From the human T2T-CHM13v2.0 reference genome, Homo sapiens: a stretch of 64,000 bases of DNA. Below the pieces are notes generated by a model, which had not been told where the DNA came from, made no database searches, and was given only the letters and a program-made list of their open reading frames with translations. Position numbers and translations under genes: made by a program. Location of the stretch: assembly GCF_009914755.1 (NCBI RefSeq), contig NC_060935.1. One strand, 5' to 3'. Positions 15,159 to 31,056 of this stretch are shown piece after piece (the first letter of the stretch is position 1; every line of letters begins with the position of its first letter).

Positions 15159-17417
15159 TTTCTTACTCCTAAGGAAGTTCCTCAACTGTGGAAGAGACAG
15201 AAAAACTGATGCACATTCTCGAAAATATAACTATCATCAATTTGATTATCTATAATTAATAATAATTTCTATTAATTTTTTGGAGAATCTGAGGGTTGTC
15301 ACACCTGCTATCTCAAGCTCCTTCCTCTTTCTGAGAAGTCTTGCATATTCCATTTTGTATGTCACTTTTTCTGTCTTATCACTCAGCTCTGACTTAAGGG
15401 TTTCCAAGATGGAAGTGTCAGGAGAAAAAGAAATCACTGTTTTTCCTTCTGCAGAAGTATCATTAATTTTTTTTCCTTTAGTCCATCCTTGACAGCAATG
15501 TCATAATTATTTTTCCCAAAGTCTATGTTAATTCTTAGTTTAAAATGTTAAAATCTACAATTCAAGTAGGAAAAGTGGCAGATAAGAGACAGGACTAACA
15601 AGCAGCTCCCACTTAGATGGACAGAACAGTGTCTGGAGACTCACATTGTGAACTTTTGCTCCAAGAACATCACAGGAACAAATCAGGAAAACAGAAATAA
15701 TTCACAGACCCTTTGAAACAAGCAGCTTGCTTCTGCAAATGCCATTAGACAGCTGAAAAATCTATGAGTTCCCAAAGTGTGAGGGGGGAAAAGTCACCCT
15801 CTAAACACATATCCCCACTGTGAACTGAAAAATCCTGATCATGGGAGAAGGATTTAACTTTACTTAGAGCCAAAACAGATTTAGGAAGCCAAATGAAAGA
15901 TAAAAGTAGAAGCAGCAGCCAGAAGAGTCCCATAGGCACTTCCAGTCTTCAAGTGAAGTCCAGGGAAGCCATTTCTGGCCTTATCTCACAGAGGTCCTTG
16001 GGGAAAGGAAAGCAGCTGGTGGAATTTGGGAGGTGCACAGGGTGAGGTAAGCTCCTAGGTGAACTTTGTAATAATTTCGACTGAGCACAAACTTTCCTGA
16101 GCAGAATCAGGGGGAGACGGGGAAAACAGGTAGTGCAGATACAAGTGCAGAAGCCACAGATGGTGTGGGTAGGCAGGCCCAGGCCTGAGAGCCCTGCTTG
16201 CTTTCTCAATTGGGACGCTTATAGCCTGGGGCAAGATTTCAGCCATGCTCACAAGCTGCCTGGATATAAACTCAGTGCAGTTCTGGAAGCATGGTGGGAG
16301 TGAGATTGGCCTTGCTGGCTATGTGGCATCTGGGTGAGCCCTGTCACTGCCAGCTTTCCCCCACTTCCCTGGTGACCTGTACAATGCAGCAGAGGCAGCC
16401 ATAATCTCCCTGGGAACATAACTTCATTGGCCTGAAAGCCACCCCAAAAACCCCCACAGTGGCTGCAGCAAGCCCTGCCCAAGGAGAGTCTCAGCTCAAA
16501 CCCACCTAACCCTGCCCCTACCTGATGGTTTTTCTTTGCCCACCTTGGTAACCAAAGACAAAAGACATAATCTCTTGGGAGCTGTGTGACCCTGCCCATC
16601 ACCTGAGAAACCTAAGCACTCATCTGGCCAGTGTAGGGCAAAATTATATCCCTCTTCTACTGCTATCCTCCTTTCACTCTCTTTAAAGCACCACCTCCTG
16701 GCTGGAGGCCAACCAACTCAAGTCATTACAGCAACTCATAACAGAACAACCCTGCTTCGAAGAAGGAAAAAACAACAGCTAATTCTACCACCTGACACAC
16801 CCTGGCTAGCCAGAGGTCCTGAATCTGTCCACATGACAACTTCACTGCTAGCATAACCAACATTCAAGAAAACCAGTGCACTAAACAAAACTACAACCAA
16901 GGACTCCCACAGAGTCCACTTTACTCCCCTGCCATCTCCGCCAGAGCAGGTTCCGGCATCCACAGCTGGGAGACCTGAAGATAGACTGCATCACAGGACA
17001 CTTTGCAGACATTCCTTAGCACCAGCCTAGAGCCCAGTTGCCCCACTGGGTGGCTAGATCCAGAAGGGTAATAACAGTCACAGGAGTCTGGCTCTCAGGA
17101 AGCCCTATTCCTAGAAGAAAGGGGAGAGCACCACATCAAAGGATTACCCTGTGGGACAAAACAATCTGAACAGCAGCGCTTGAGTTCCAGATATTTCCAA
17201 TGAAACATTCTACCTAAATGAGAAGAAACTAGAAAAGTAATTCTGGTAATATGACAAAACAACATTCTATGACACCCACAAAAGATCATACTAGCTGTCC
17301 AGCAATGGTCTAAACCAAGAAATTTCTGAAATGCCAGAAAAAGAATTCAGAAAGTTGATTATTAAGCTTCTCAAGGTGGCACCAGAGAAGGATGAAAACT
17401 AACTTAAATAAATTAAA

Positions 17418-17728
17418 GGCCGGGGGCAGTGGCTCATGCCTGTAATTCCAGCACTTTAGGAGGCCAAGGCAGGTGGATCACTTGAAGTCAGGAGTTCAAG
17501 ACCAGACTGGCCAACATGATGAAAACCCATATCTACTAAAAATACAAAAAAGTAGCCAGGCATGGTGGCTCAAACCTGTGGTCCCAGCTACTTGGGAGGC
17601 TGAGGCATAAGAATTGCTTGAACCCCGGAGACAGAGCCAAGATTGTGCCACTGCATGCCAGCCTGGACAGCAGGGTGAGACTGTGTCAAAAAAAAAAAAA
17701 AAGAAAAGAAAAGAAAGGAAAAAAGAAA
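17418..17728 (+). mobile_element. AluS nested in L1PB ORF1
   Basis: Alu dimer with an A/(GAAAA)n tail; the right arm lacks GTTGCAGTGAG. Confidence 0.93.
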
Positions 17729-19793
17729 TACAAAAAACATATAGGATACAGATGAAAAAGTCTCCAGGGAAATAGATATAATAAAGGACAATCACAACTT
17801 CTGGAAATGAGTGTCACACTTAGAGAAATGCAAAATACACTGGAAAGTTTCAACAATAGAATCAAACAAGTAGAAGAAAAAATTCAGAGCTCAAAGAAGA
17901 CTTCTGAATTAACCCTATATAATGAAGACAAATAAAAATAATTTAAAAAATGAGCAAAGAATCCAAGAAATTTGGGATTATGTTAAATGACCAAACATAA
18001 GAATAATTGGTGTTCCCAAGGATGAAGAGAAATCTAAAAGTTTGGAAAATTTATTTGAGGGAATCAATGAAAACTTCCCTGGTCTTGCTAGAGATCTAGA
18101 TATCCAAATACAAGAAGCTCTAAAGAATACCTGGTAAACTAATCACGAACACATCATCACCTAGGAACTTACATAGTCATCAAGTTATCTAAAGTCAAGA
18201 TGAAGGAAAGAATCTTAAGAGATGAGAGGCAAAAGCATCAGGTAGCTTGTAAAATAAAACCTATCAGATTAACAGGAGATTTCTCAGCAGAAACCCTGTA
18301 AACCAGAAGGGATTGGGGTCCTATCTATAGCCTCCTTAAAATAATTATCAGCAAAGAATCTTGTACACAGCAAACTAAGCTTCATACATGAGAGATAAAG
18401 TCTTTTTCAGACAAATAAATGCTAAGAGAATTATTCACCACTACCAAGCCAGCATATAAGAAATGCTAAAAGGAGTCCTAAATCTTGAAACAAAACCTTG
18501 AAATACACAAAAATAGAATGTCCTTGAAGCATAAATCTCTCAGGACCAATAACACAATGAGAAAACAATGAGAAACAATAACACAATGAGAAAAAAAACA
18601 GGGTATTCAGGTAACAACTAGCATGATGAATAGAACACTACTATGTCACATCTGAATACTAACATTGAATGTAAATGGCTACACTTAAAAGGTACAGAAT
18701 CTCAGAATGGATCAAAATCCCAAAACCAAGTGTCTGCCATCTTCAAGAGACTCATCTAACAAATAAGTACTCACCTAAACTTAAGGTAAAAGAGTAGAAA
18801 AAGATATTCCATGCAAATGGAAACCAAAAGTGAGCAGGGGTAGCTATTCTTATATCAGACAAAACAGACTTTAAAGGAAAAACAGTTAAAAAAGATAAAG
18901 AGGGACATTATATAATGTTAGAAGGATTAGTCCAACAGGAAAATATCACAATTCTAAATACATATGCACCTAACATGGGAGCTCCCAAATTTATAAAACA
19001 ATTACCGCTACACATAGGAAATGAGATAGGTGACAGCATAGTAATAGTGAGGAAACCCAATACTCCACTGACAGCACTAGATAGATCATCAAGACAGAAA
19101 GTCAACAAAGAAACAGTGGACTTAAACTATACCCTAGAACAAATGGACTTCACAGATATTTACAGAATATTCTATCCAACAACTGCAGAATAAAGATTCT
19201 TTTCTTCAACACCTGGAACATTCTCTAAGATAGGCTACAAAACAAGTCTCAATAAATTTAAGAAAAATTGAAATTATATCAAGTACTCTCTCAGCCCACA
19301 GTGGAATAAAATTGGAAAATAACTCCAAATAGAACCCTTAAAGCTATACAAATACATGGAAATTAAATAATCTGCTTCTGAATGATACTTGGGTCCACAA
19401 TGAAATCAAGATGAAAATTAAATTCTTTGAACTGAATGATAATAATGATGCAACCAATTAAAACCTCTAGGATTCAGCAAAAGCAGTGCTAAGAGGAAAG
19501 TTCATAGCATTAAATGCCTACATCAAAAAGTCTGAAAGAACACAAATAGACAATCTATGCTCACACCTCAAGGAACTAGAGAAACAAGAATAAACCAAAC
19601 TCAAACCCAGGAGAACAAAAGAAATGACAAAGATCAGAGCAGAACTAAATGAAATTGAAACAATGACAAAAAATACAAAATATAAATGAAACAAAAAGCT
19701 TGTTCTTTGAAAGGATAAACAAAATTGATAGACTGTTAATGAGATTAACCAAGAAAAGAAGAGATACGTTCCAAATAAGCTTAATTAGAAACA

Positions 19794-20207
<414 letters not shown>

Positions 20208-20986
20208 CTAGAAAACCTACAGGAGACGGATAAATTCCTGGAAATATACAACCCTTGTAGATTAAACCAGGAAGAAATAGAAACTCTGAAGAGACCAATA
20301 ACAAGTAGCAAGATTGAAATAGTAATTTTTAAAAATGCCAACAAAAAAAGTTCAGGACCAGGAAGATTTATAGCTGAATTTTATCAGACATTCAAAGAAG
20401 AATTGGTACCAATCCTGCTGAAACTATTCCAAAAGATAAAGAGCTAATCTTCCCTAAATCATTCTATTAATCAAGTATTACCCTAATACCAAAACCAGGA
20501 AAGAACATAACAAAAAAAAAGAAAACTACAAACCAATATCCCTGATGAACATAGATGAAAAAATCCTTAACAAAGTACTAGCTAACTGAATTTGACAGCA
20601 TATCCAAAAGATAATCCGCCATGATCAAGTGGGTTTCATACTAGGGATGCAGGGGTGGTTTAAGAAATCAATAAATGTGACACACCACATAAACAGAAGT
20701 AAAAACAAAAAACATACGATCATCTCAGTAGATGCAGAAAAAGCATTTGGCAATAATCCAGCATCCCTTTATGATTAAACCAGTCAGCAAAATTGACATA
20801 GAAGGGACATACCTTAAGTTAATAAAAGCCATCTATGACAAACATACTGATCAGGGAAAAATTTAAAACATTTCCTCTGAGAACTGGAACAAGACAAGGA
20901 TGCCCACTTTTACCTCTTATATTCAACATAGTACTGGAAGTCCTAGCCAAAGCAATCAGACAAGAGAAAGAAAGAAAGGGTATTCA

Positions 20987-21284
20987 GGCCGGGGGCTCAT
21001 GACCATAATCCCACCACTTTGGAAGGCTGAGACAGGCAGATCATTTGAGGCCAGGAGTTTGAGACCTGCCTGGCCAACGTGGTGAAACATTGTCTCAACT
21101 AAAAATTCAAAATTTAGTCAGGCACGATGACACACACCTATAATCCCACCTACAAGGGAGGCTGATGCACGAGACTAGCTTGAACCTGGGAGGAGGAGGT
21201 TGCAGTGAGCCAAGCTCACGCCACTGCACTCCAGCCTGGGTAACACACACAGTAAGTCTCTGTCTCAAAAAAAAAAAAAGAAAA
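20987..21284 (+). mobile_element. Older Alu (S/J) nested in L1PB ORF2
   Basis: Alu dimer with a degenerate ~20-bp TSD: aaagaaagaaagggtattca / aaagaaataaaggacattca. Confidence 0.9.
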
Positions 21285-23649
21285 AAAGAAATAAAGGACA
21301 TTCAAATTAGTAAAGAGGAAGTCAAACTGTTGCTGTTTACTGATGATATGATGATATACCTAGAAAACCCTAAAGACTCCTTAAAAAACTCCTAGATCTG
21401 ATTAATGAATTCAGTAAAGTTTTAGCATACAAAATCAAGGTACACAAATCAGTAGCACTGCCATATACCAACAACGACCAAGCTGAGAATCAAATCAAGA
21501 ACTCAACCCCTTTTACAGTAGCTGCAAAAAATAATAAAATACTTAGCAATATACCTATCCAAAGAAGTGAAAGACTTCTACAAGGAAAACTGCAAAACAC
21601 TACGGAAAGAAATCATAGACAATGCAAGCAAATGGAAACACATCCCATGCTCATGGATGGGTAGAATTAACATTGTGAAGATGACCATACTTCCAAAAGC
21701 AATCTACAAATTCAATGTAATTCCCATCAAAATACAATCATCATTCTTCACATAACTAGGAAAAAAAATCCTAAAATTCATATGGGACCAAAAAAGAGCC
21801 TACATAGCCAAAGCAAGACTAAGCAAAAAGAACAAATCCGATGGCATCACATTACCCGATTTCAAATATTCTGTAAGGATATAGTTACCAAAACAGTATG
21901 GTATGATATAAAAATAGGCACATAGACCAATGGAACAAAATATATAACCCATAAATAAAGCCAAATACTTACAGCCAGCTGATCTTCAACAAAGCATACA
22001 AAAACATAAATTGGAGAATGGACACCCTATTTCATAAATAGTGCTGGGAAGACTGGCAAACCACATGTAGAAGAATGAAACTGGATCTCTGTCTCTCACC
22101 TTACATAAAAATCAACTCTAAGACGACCTGAAACTGTAAAAATTCTGGAAGAAAACATCAGGAAAAACTCTTCTAGACATTATCCTAGACAAAGAGTTGA
22201 TGACCAAGAACCCAAGAGCAAATGCAACAAAACAAAGATAAATAGATGGGACTTAACTAAAAAGCTCCTTCACAGCAAAATAAGCAATCACCAGAGTAAA
22301 CAGACAACCCACAGTATGAGAGAAATATTCACAAACTATGCATTTGACAAAGGACTAATATCCAGAATCTACAAGGAACTCAAACAAATCAGCAAGAAAA
22401 AAAAAAGAATATCCCATCAAAAAGTGGGCAAAGGACATGAATAGACAATTCTCAAAAGAAAATATACAAATGGCCAACAAACATCTGAAAAATGCTCAAC
22501 ATCACTAATTATCAGGGAAATGCAAATCAAAACCACAATGTGATACCACCTTCTGCAAGAATGGCCTTAATTTAAAAATCAAAAAATAATAGATGTTGGC
22601 ATGGATATGGTAAAAAAAGGAACACTTTTTTTTACTGCTGGTGGGAAATTAAACTAATACAACCACCATGGAAAACAGTATGGAGATTCCTTAAAGAACT
22701 AAAAGTGCAAATACTATTTGATCCAGCAATCCCACTACTGAGTATCTACCCAGAAGAAAATAAGTCATTATATGAAAGACACTTACACACGCATGTTTAT
22801 AGCAGCACAATTTGCAATTGCGAAAATATGGAACCAGCCTAAATATCCATCAACTAATAAGTAGATAAAGAAAATGTGTCATATATATATATATGGTGTG
22901 TGTGTGTATGTGTATGTTTGTGTGTATATATGTATCATGGAATACTACTCAGTCATAAAATGGAATGAAATAATGGCATTCACAGCAACCTGAATAGAGT
23001 TCGAGACCATTATTCTAAGTGAAGTAACTCAGGAATGGACAACCAAACATTGTGTGTTCTCAGTTATAAGTGGGAGCTAAGCTATGAAGATGAAAAGGCA
23101 TAAGAATAATATAATGGACTATGGGGACTTTGGGGGAAGGGTGGGAGGGGGTTGAGGGATAAAAGACAGCACAATGGGTACATTGTACACTGCTCAAGTG
23201 ATGGGTGCACCAAAATCTCAGAAATTATACCTAAAGAACTTAGCCATGTAATGGAACACCACCTGTTTCCCCAAAACTATTGAAATAATAATAATAATAA
23301 TAAATATTAAAATCTTTCTATTACTCCTCATTATGAACACTGAGATTTCTATTTAAATTTTTTAGATAGGCTCACCAATTGACTTAATTTTAAAGTGTAG
23401 AACTAGATTTTTGGAGGTTTTAAGAAATTAATCTCAGTCTGTTCATATGCAAACGATTAGTTGGGAGAAAAGAAGCTGTTCGTAGTTGATGATGATTCCC
23501 ATGTGGATGTATATATAAATTAGGCACACAGTATATAAAAATGGAAGGAATGCATTTGTTGTCAAACTTCCTATACTTTCCCCTTTGCGAAGCATTTGAT
23601 ACTTCTCAAACTATCAATGACATAGTAATCTTTTTGTAGACATTATTTT

Positions 23650-24570
23650 AAAGCTTTGTTAAGGTATAATTAACATGTAACAAAAATTACATATATTTAT
23701 GGTGTATTTGTGATGTTTTCATATATGCATACATTATGAAATGATTAAATCAAGGTAATTAAAATATTCATCACTCCACTTATTTTTTTCTGACGAGAAC
23801 GTTTAAAATCTTCTCTCTTAGCAATTATTATGTGATACATTGTTATTAATAATAGTCACCAGGTTGTACAATAGATCTCCAGCACTTACTCATGCTGGCT
23901 AACTGAAACTGTACCCTTGACTAACATCTCCCAAGCCCTCAACCCCTTTCTCCTACCCCTGGCAATCACCGTTCTAGTCCCTGACTTTATGAGTTCAACA
24001 TTTTTAGATTTCACCTATTAGAGAAGCTTTCAGTTCACAGCAAAATTGAGTGGAAAGTACACCAGAGTGGTATATTTGTTAACAGTCATTGAACCTACAT
24101 TAACACATTGTCACCCAAAGTCCATAGTTTTTAGGGTTCACTCTTAGTGTTAAACAGTCTGGGTTTTTACAGATGACGTGTATCCACCAATATAATTACA
24201 TACAGAATAGTTTCACTGACCTAACAATTCTGTGTGCTCTACCTTTTCATCCATCCCTCCCTGCTAAACCCTGATCTTTTTACTGTCTTCATGGTTTGCC
24301 TTTTCCAGATTGTCATGTAGTTGGAATCATACAGCCTGTAGTATTTTTTTAGATTGGCTTCTTTCACTTAGTAATATGCATTTAAACTTCCACCTTGTGT
24401 TTTCATGACTTGATAGCTCTTTATTTTTAGCACCGAATAATCCATTGTCTGACTTTACCATCGTTTCTTTATTATTCATCTACTAAAGGACATCTTGGTT
24501 GTTTCCAACGAACAGAACTGCTGTAAGCATCCATGGGCAGGTTTTTAGTAGATATGTTTTCAACTTATTT
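23650..24570 (-). mobile_element. Old L1M 3' fragments (L1MA-like, then L1MC-like)
   Basis: catacattatgaaatgattaaatcaag...caatagatctccag...ctaactgaaact, followed by agttcacagcaaaattgagtggaaagtac...gattggcttctttcacttag. Confidence 0.7.
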
Positions 24571-26194
24571 ACATAGTAACTTTTATTGTCCATCTTGTAA
24601 GCCTGAGGTTTGAGGACTAGGTTTGACCTTCATTTCAAACATTAGTTTATATTACTCCAGAGATGATTTCAGATAATTCAAAGTGCTGTACTTATTTGCC
24701 AACTTTGTTAGTTAAGTGATTAATTTCATGATTTTAGAGGAAGAAAGGTGTACTAAAACTCTGCTCTGAGAAACTTGTTTTATATTTCCTTTTTGTGTAT
24801 GTGAATATTCCTATGGCATTACAGCATGAATATTGCACTAAAATTTTGATCTAAGATCTGTTCTATATAAAGTGGAATTTATCTTGGAGAGGGAGAAAGG
24901 AGAAAGGGTCAATTTTGGATTCAAGCTTAGTGTGTTCAACTGTCCTAAATCATAGCTCACTGCTTGAGGCACAGGGTCTTACTGCAGAGTCCCCAGGAGA
25001 GGGTTAAGATACCACAAAGTTTTTTTTCCCTTTTTAAACATTTCTATAATTTTTATCTTAAAGACTATATTTTCATCATTTTTCAAGCCACTTGGTTGTT
25101 ATAGTTAGATACCTTGATACTATGAATGTTCAAGGAAATAATTTTATTGAAAGAGATTATTTTTTCTATTAAATATACAGTGAAACTAAAAGTAGCAAGG
25201 GGATACAGGCGGAAACATTAATTCCATCATGGAAAGAGTGAGTTTATTGCCTGCCTATTTGAACCGTACACTCTATATACCCTTTGGAAAAGAAAAAATA
25301 TTAGTTCTTGGCAAGCCTCATGTCTTCATTTATGTATCTCTTCTGTTTTATATCTCAAATGTCTACTTGATGTAATCAAGGGGAGTAGTATGACTCAAAC
25401 TTTTGTGAAGAATGAATTATTTAAACTACCAGTATTAAATTTTCAGTTCGCACAATGCAAGGGAACTAAAGATACCATTCTCTCAGTCTCTTTTTTTCTC
25501 TTCACTTGAGTAGGTGAAAGAGAATATTTGATTATTTGTTTTAATGCTGCCTGGACAAACATTTGGGAAATAAATCAAATGTGAAATATATTACCTTCAA
25601 GGCATTGGTGGGCTATCATGGAACAGTTGAAAGTGTAGGAGCACAAGAGACCAAATGATTTGGTTTGAACTGTGCATAAGCTCAGTTTCTTCTCTGGAAA
25701 ATGAGTCTTCTTTTACCTACCCAATTCATTTGGTGCTGTTTTTTTGAGAATTAAATGGGACAACCCATATGAAAGTGAACGTTGTGTACCTAGAGCACTG
25801 AAGGCACTTACAACATGAGTACCCTCCTCCCCAACCTCACCATAACTTTCAGAAAACAGTAAGTCAGTACCTCCTGCGTGTAAAGCACCACATTTGGCAC
25901 TGTGGCAGTATAATGCTAAATAAGATCCGGTTCTCCAGATGCAGATTATTACAACACTATAAATAGAATTAGTTATGAATGCGCTTCATGACACCATAAC
26001 TAGGACATACTGCAGCATATATGTACAATTTTTGAAAATGACTTTCATGTTTGTATGTCTTAGTAACTACACCCAGGGTAACTACTGGATTTGATGGGAG
26101 TTGAGAGACATGGAGATGATTTAGGAGGGAAGCTAGTCATGTAGTCAAACACCACACTTTATAAAACTCCAAATTATAAATTCACTTCTCCCAC

Positions 26195-26385
26195 TATGAA
26201 TGTACTATCTAATATGATAGCCACTATCCACATGTGGCTATTTAAATTTAAGTTGATAAATGAAATAAATGCTTAAAAGTTCAACTATTCAATAGCCACA
26301 TGTGGCTAATGGGTAGCTACCATATTGGTTAGCACAGATATAGGACATTTTTATCAATGTAGAAAGTTATATTAGAAAACTATTC
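26195..26385. mobile_element. MER3-like hAT-Charlie non-autonomous element
   Basis: tagccactatccacatgtggctatttaaattt...agccacatgtggcta...tagaaagttatattag. Confidence 0.8.
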
Positions 26386-28539
26386 AGAAGCTAAGGTTCA
26401 AATTTAGGGTAAAGATAGGAAGAAGTAAATTATTTGGCAGTCTATTTCTGAATTCTTGTACCCATAACGGAAATAATGCAATGTTGGCAAGAAAATATGA
26501 GAGAAGGAAATCATAGATATTCAGTATTTTTTACTTGCATTTATGACCTTTTTTGAATGCTTACTAATACACTTTAATTAATTTGCACCCCCATACACAT
26601 AGTCAATGGGGTATACATCTTGTTTTATGAACATCGTATAGCAGAGGACACTGAAATACAGATTTTAAGTACATTTCCTAATCATAGCATGAAGGGAAAT
26701 ATAGCTGAATTTGAACTCAAGTAATTGGACTCCAGAGCCCTACCTAGAAACTAATCTGAAAGGCAGTGGGTTGAATTAGTAATAACAGCCTTTAGAGGAA
26801 AATTTAATTTTTTTCTGTTTATTGCCACCAATCTTGGTTGTTTCCTGATGGGAATTGGAAGGGCACTTTTGGAATGCATAACTGTTCTCTTATAGGGTCA
26901 ATCAACCAATGTATAAGTATTTTAGAAGCTATAAGTATGTATGTTGGATTAATCTTGCTGAGAGATAAAATCAGTAGTCTTGATATTATAAATTTTACTA
27001 TTTATCCTGTTGACTGCTTGCACACAATCCCAATAGCTTATTGGTAGTAACTTCTCATTTTGCTAACACAAAATATTGAATCCTACACTATGGACACTGT
27101 TGTACAATATAGCATGACTCTTGCTAGTGAGTGAGTGAGCCTAAATTTCTATCCAATTTAGGTTCAGCTTGACTGTTTTCTATTCATTATTCATATTCAG
27201 TAAGTTTCAGAAAAGGTTTGAAGGTATTAAATTTTTCAGTTATGCTTTCCTGAATTTATTGAAGGCATTTTATGCATAGTTATGCCATTAACTTAGTGAA
27301 TTTTGAAGGCCCTGGGAACATGTCCCTTGGGGATGTAAAAATTCTAATACAGAGTATTTGGTCCTGTTCTCAAGCCGATTATGATCTAGTTTGAGGAGGC
27401 AGTCTAACAATTCATTCATTCATTCATCTATTAGTTTTTGAGGACATAATATTGTCTAAAAAAGCTTTCATGAGTAAACAAAGATAATATACAATTTAAA
27501 TGCTGTAATTCTTTGGAGAATTAAGCAGTTAGTTAATGGAAAACTAATCCATATTAGTTTCCATTAACATATCATTTCCATAAACATATCAGGTGAGCTA
27601 TTGAAGGTTCTCTTTTAAATTCTTGATAAGCAGAGATCCTTATTTCTAGTTACGTGTGATAGACTTGATAGGACTAATGAGTGTGACTTAAAAAAATCCT
27701 CAAATAAAATATTTTATCTGGATGAAAATTGGAAGCTTCTATTCACACTGTTTACTATTTCCCAGTCTTCAGCTGGCATGGGAACACTCAATTTAACGGA
27801 AGCAAATAGCCCATAAATTACCTAAATGCCAAGTAGTTAGATCAGTGTTACTGCTAAATTCTTCTACACTGGGGATTCTCAAGTTTTGGAGTATCAATAG
27901 CCAGCTTTCATTTTATTTGTCTTAAAATGACTTACCTGTCTTCCAATATGATTGCACTGAATTTTAAGTAAATTCTGAGATGCTGGCATATGATAGGTAC
28001 GTGACTTTGTAAAGGGAAAATAAATGCTATTTTCATTTATACGCTCAGTGGTTGTCCTTGTAATTTCTTCAAGAGTGGGCTGAATGATATTTGAGGGCTT
28101 GTCACTTGTGCATATTCTTTCAAAATGTATCCCTTAGTGGATTAAGTGTCAAATCAATCTCTTGCTTCTTCAGTGCAAAATGGATATTTTGTTCCTTTTT
28201 GCCACATAGATCATGTACCTCATGTCATTTAGCAAGGCTGTAGCTATGTGAATTATTTTATAGTTCCTAGATTATAGTTTTTACATGCAAACTCGTATAT
28301 TGATTTGAAGTGGTAGTTTTTTCTGCCCGCCAGGGATATAGGTGGTAGATCTTAAAGTGGCTCATTGTTTGGATTTAATTTTGTTCTTTTCCTAAACATA
28401 GCTTTTACCTTATTCATGTCATAAAAAAGTTTTACCATCATCTCTTGGAGATTTTATTCAGCATATTATTTTTATAATATGTTTTGGCTGACATAACTTG
28501 CCTACTACTTTGATTTTTTTTTAAATTTGGTAGTATTGA

Positions 28540-29125
28540 TAAAATATAAAAGTCACTAAAAATCCTATTACTTGTTTTGGAATTATATAAAATAAGTAAA
28601 TGTTCCTTGATACATCAATCAATTCCCTTCCTCAAGGGCAATTACTATCAATTTATGCATGTCCTTCTTGAATTATTTCTAAATTTACATACTATAATCA
28701 TGTAAATATTTATATATGTATCACAACATATTTACCTGCAATTTAACTTTATGGCCATCTGTGTTGCATGTGTATACACACACTAATGTGTACACATGTA
28801 CATACATCATAAAATGATACATCATAGGAAAAATATCTGTTTGCAAATTTGTTTCTGCTTAAGAGTATATTCTGAACATATTTCTGGTTCAATACATGTA
28901 CATGTGTTGTATTTTTTATGATTGTATAGAGTTTCATTGTATTTATGTATTATATGTCATTCTACCAGCTCTCTTGATGTATTTTTGTTTTTTGCTATTC
29001 AATCAGTGTTGCAACAAATATACTTGTACATATATTTTAATCATGAATGCTATTTTATGTGTAGAATATATTCTTAGAAGTGAATTGCTAGATTTAAGGA
29101 ATTTATATTTTAATTTTAATACATA
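28540..29125 (-). mobile_element. Ancient L1ME-type fragment
   Basis: cagtgttgcaacaaatatacttgtacatat...attcttagaagtgaattgctag; degenerate. Confidence 0.55.
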
Positions 29126-30063
29126 CTAATTAATGTTTATGAATACTTTACAAGGGAAACATTATACTACACTATTTCTGATTGTTTTTGTAAGTCATCT
29201 AGGAAAGCATTCTTTTGAAAACCATTACTTGATATCTGGACAAAATCATTTAAGGAAATATTTCTGTATAGGGTAACCCTATATATGGTTTATATAGCTA
29301 TAGTGCCTGAAGTATATATCTGTGCATTTATGCAGAAACTTTGATTATATCTATCCTAAATCAAATTCGAGTTGCAACAAAGAGATGGATCTTTGAGATT
29401 AGACAGACACCCATTTTAAGTGATGTGGTAACTGAATGTTTTAAGTTATTATGTATAACCACAAAATCCCTGGAACTCTAGTAAGAACTCTAGTAAGAGT
29501 TGCATGTTGGCAGGACTTCACCAATCCACCTAAGCCACTATTTTTTTTTTATAACCATCCTTGTAAATGAGTTCAACAATCAACAATATTTTGGTTGTAT
29601 TTAAGGGTTCACTGTGAATATAAGAAAGATTTTATAAATTTAAATCACAAAGTGCTTCTCCCTTGATTTTTTTGCTTGTTGAGGCAAAGTCCTATGTAGC
29701 CCAGTTCACCCGAAGTCATGCTCATTCTTTCACATCACAAAGAATTACATTCTTTAGCTTCATGGAATGTCATGGAAATAATTTATTTCTATTAAAGAAA
29801 AAAGATAACACTTGGTATGGTTCCAAGGGAGATTTCCTGCTTAAAATTTTACGAGATGGTTAACAGAAAAGTCTATCCAGGTTCACCCCCACCCTTATCT
29901 TAAGCACATTCTTATCCCAGAATAGAAATGATGCAGAATGTAAACCATGCATTTCAAGGTCAGATAGCAGAGTTCAGACCAGAATTATGTTTGTATTATA
30001 TGCTATCGCTATATCCTGTGGTTTAAAAGAAAATAGTCTGGAAAAAAGTCTGTAGAATGTTAT

Positions 30064-30346
<283 letters not shown>

Positions 30347-30914
30347 AATGTTATCATGACATTATTTTTTAACATTTCCCTTTCTTGGTATTGATGACTG
30401 AGACTTGTGATGTTAAATAATTCTGCTGCTCTCTTTTGACTTTATAATTCTTGTGTAATTTTTACAGTATGTGTTTATACCTCTAAGAATGCAGGTGTAT
30501 ATATGTTATATGTATATCATATTCATATATTTGTATTTCTCCCATTCCTCTTTCACCAATGAGAAATACATTTATAAGTACTTTGTGAAAAATACTGATA
30601 GAATGCTTAGATGAAAGGGAAGGCCATAAAAATTATAGAAGAGAAAGAGAAGCAGCAGCCTGAGCCAAGAAAAGTACTTAACTATCTTAACCCCTAGGTA
30701 CTAAAAAGAAAAGGATATGTGCTTGCAGGAACAGATTTTCAGTCCCTTACTGCCAGGTTAATTGCATAGCATTATATTTCCTTTCTAGGGTTCTTTGCAA
30801 ACCTACTTATTGGCATGAGGTCATTCCGAAGCATTTTGTTGAAAACATGTTTTTAAAACATCATTGTGCTAACTTTGACAGATTTCTCCTAGAACGAATT
30901 TCTTTATTTTTCAG

Positions 30915-31056
30915 AATCTACCGTTGAAGAAGATCCCATGCAAAACCAGTGCACCCTCGGGCTCCTTTTTTGCCAGAGACAATACAGCAAATTTCTTATC
31001 CTGGTGCCGAGATTTAGGGGTGGATGAAACGTGTCTATTTGAATCGGAAGGTTTGG
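30915..31056 (+). CDS. GAS2: GAS2 internal coding exon (142 nt, phase 0 to 1), CH domain
   Basis: Acceptor tttctttatttttcag|AAT and donor TTGG|gtatgt. Translates [47 protein letters not shown], containing the GAS2-family CH motif FFARDN..NFLSWCR.LGV...LFESEGL. Too short for the ORF track. Confidence 0.96.

Noticed and set aside
26210-26320. Repeated palindromic agccacatgtggct motifs
   Set aside because: Intrinsic to MER3-type hAT elements.
29473-29498. 12-bp tandem duplication gaactctagtaa
   Set aside because: Ordinary slippage duplication.
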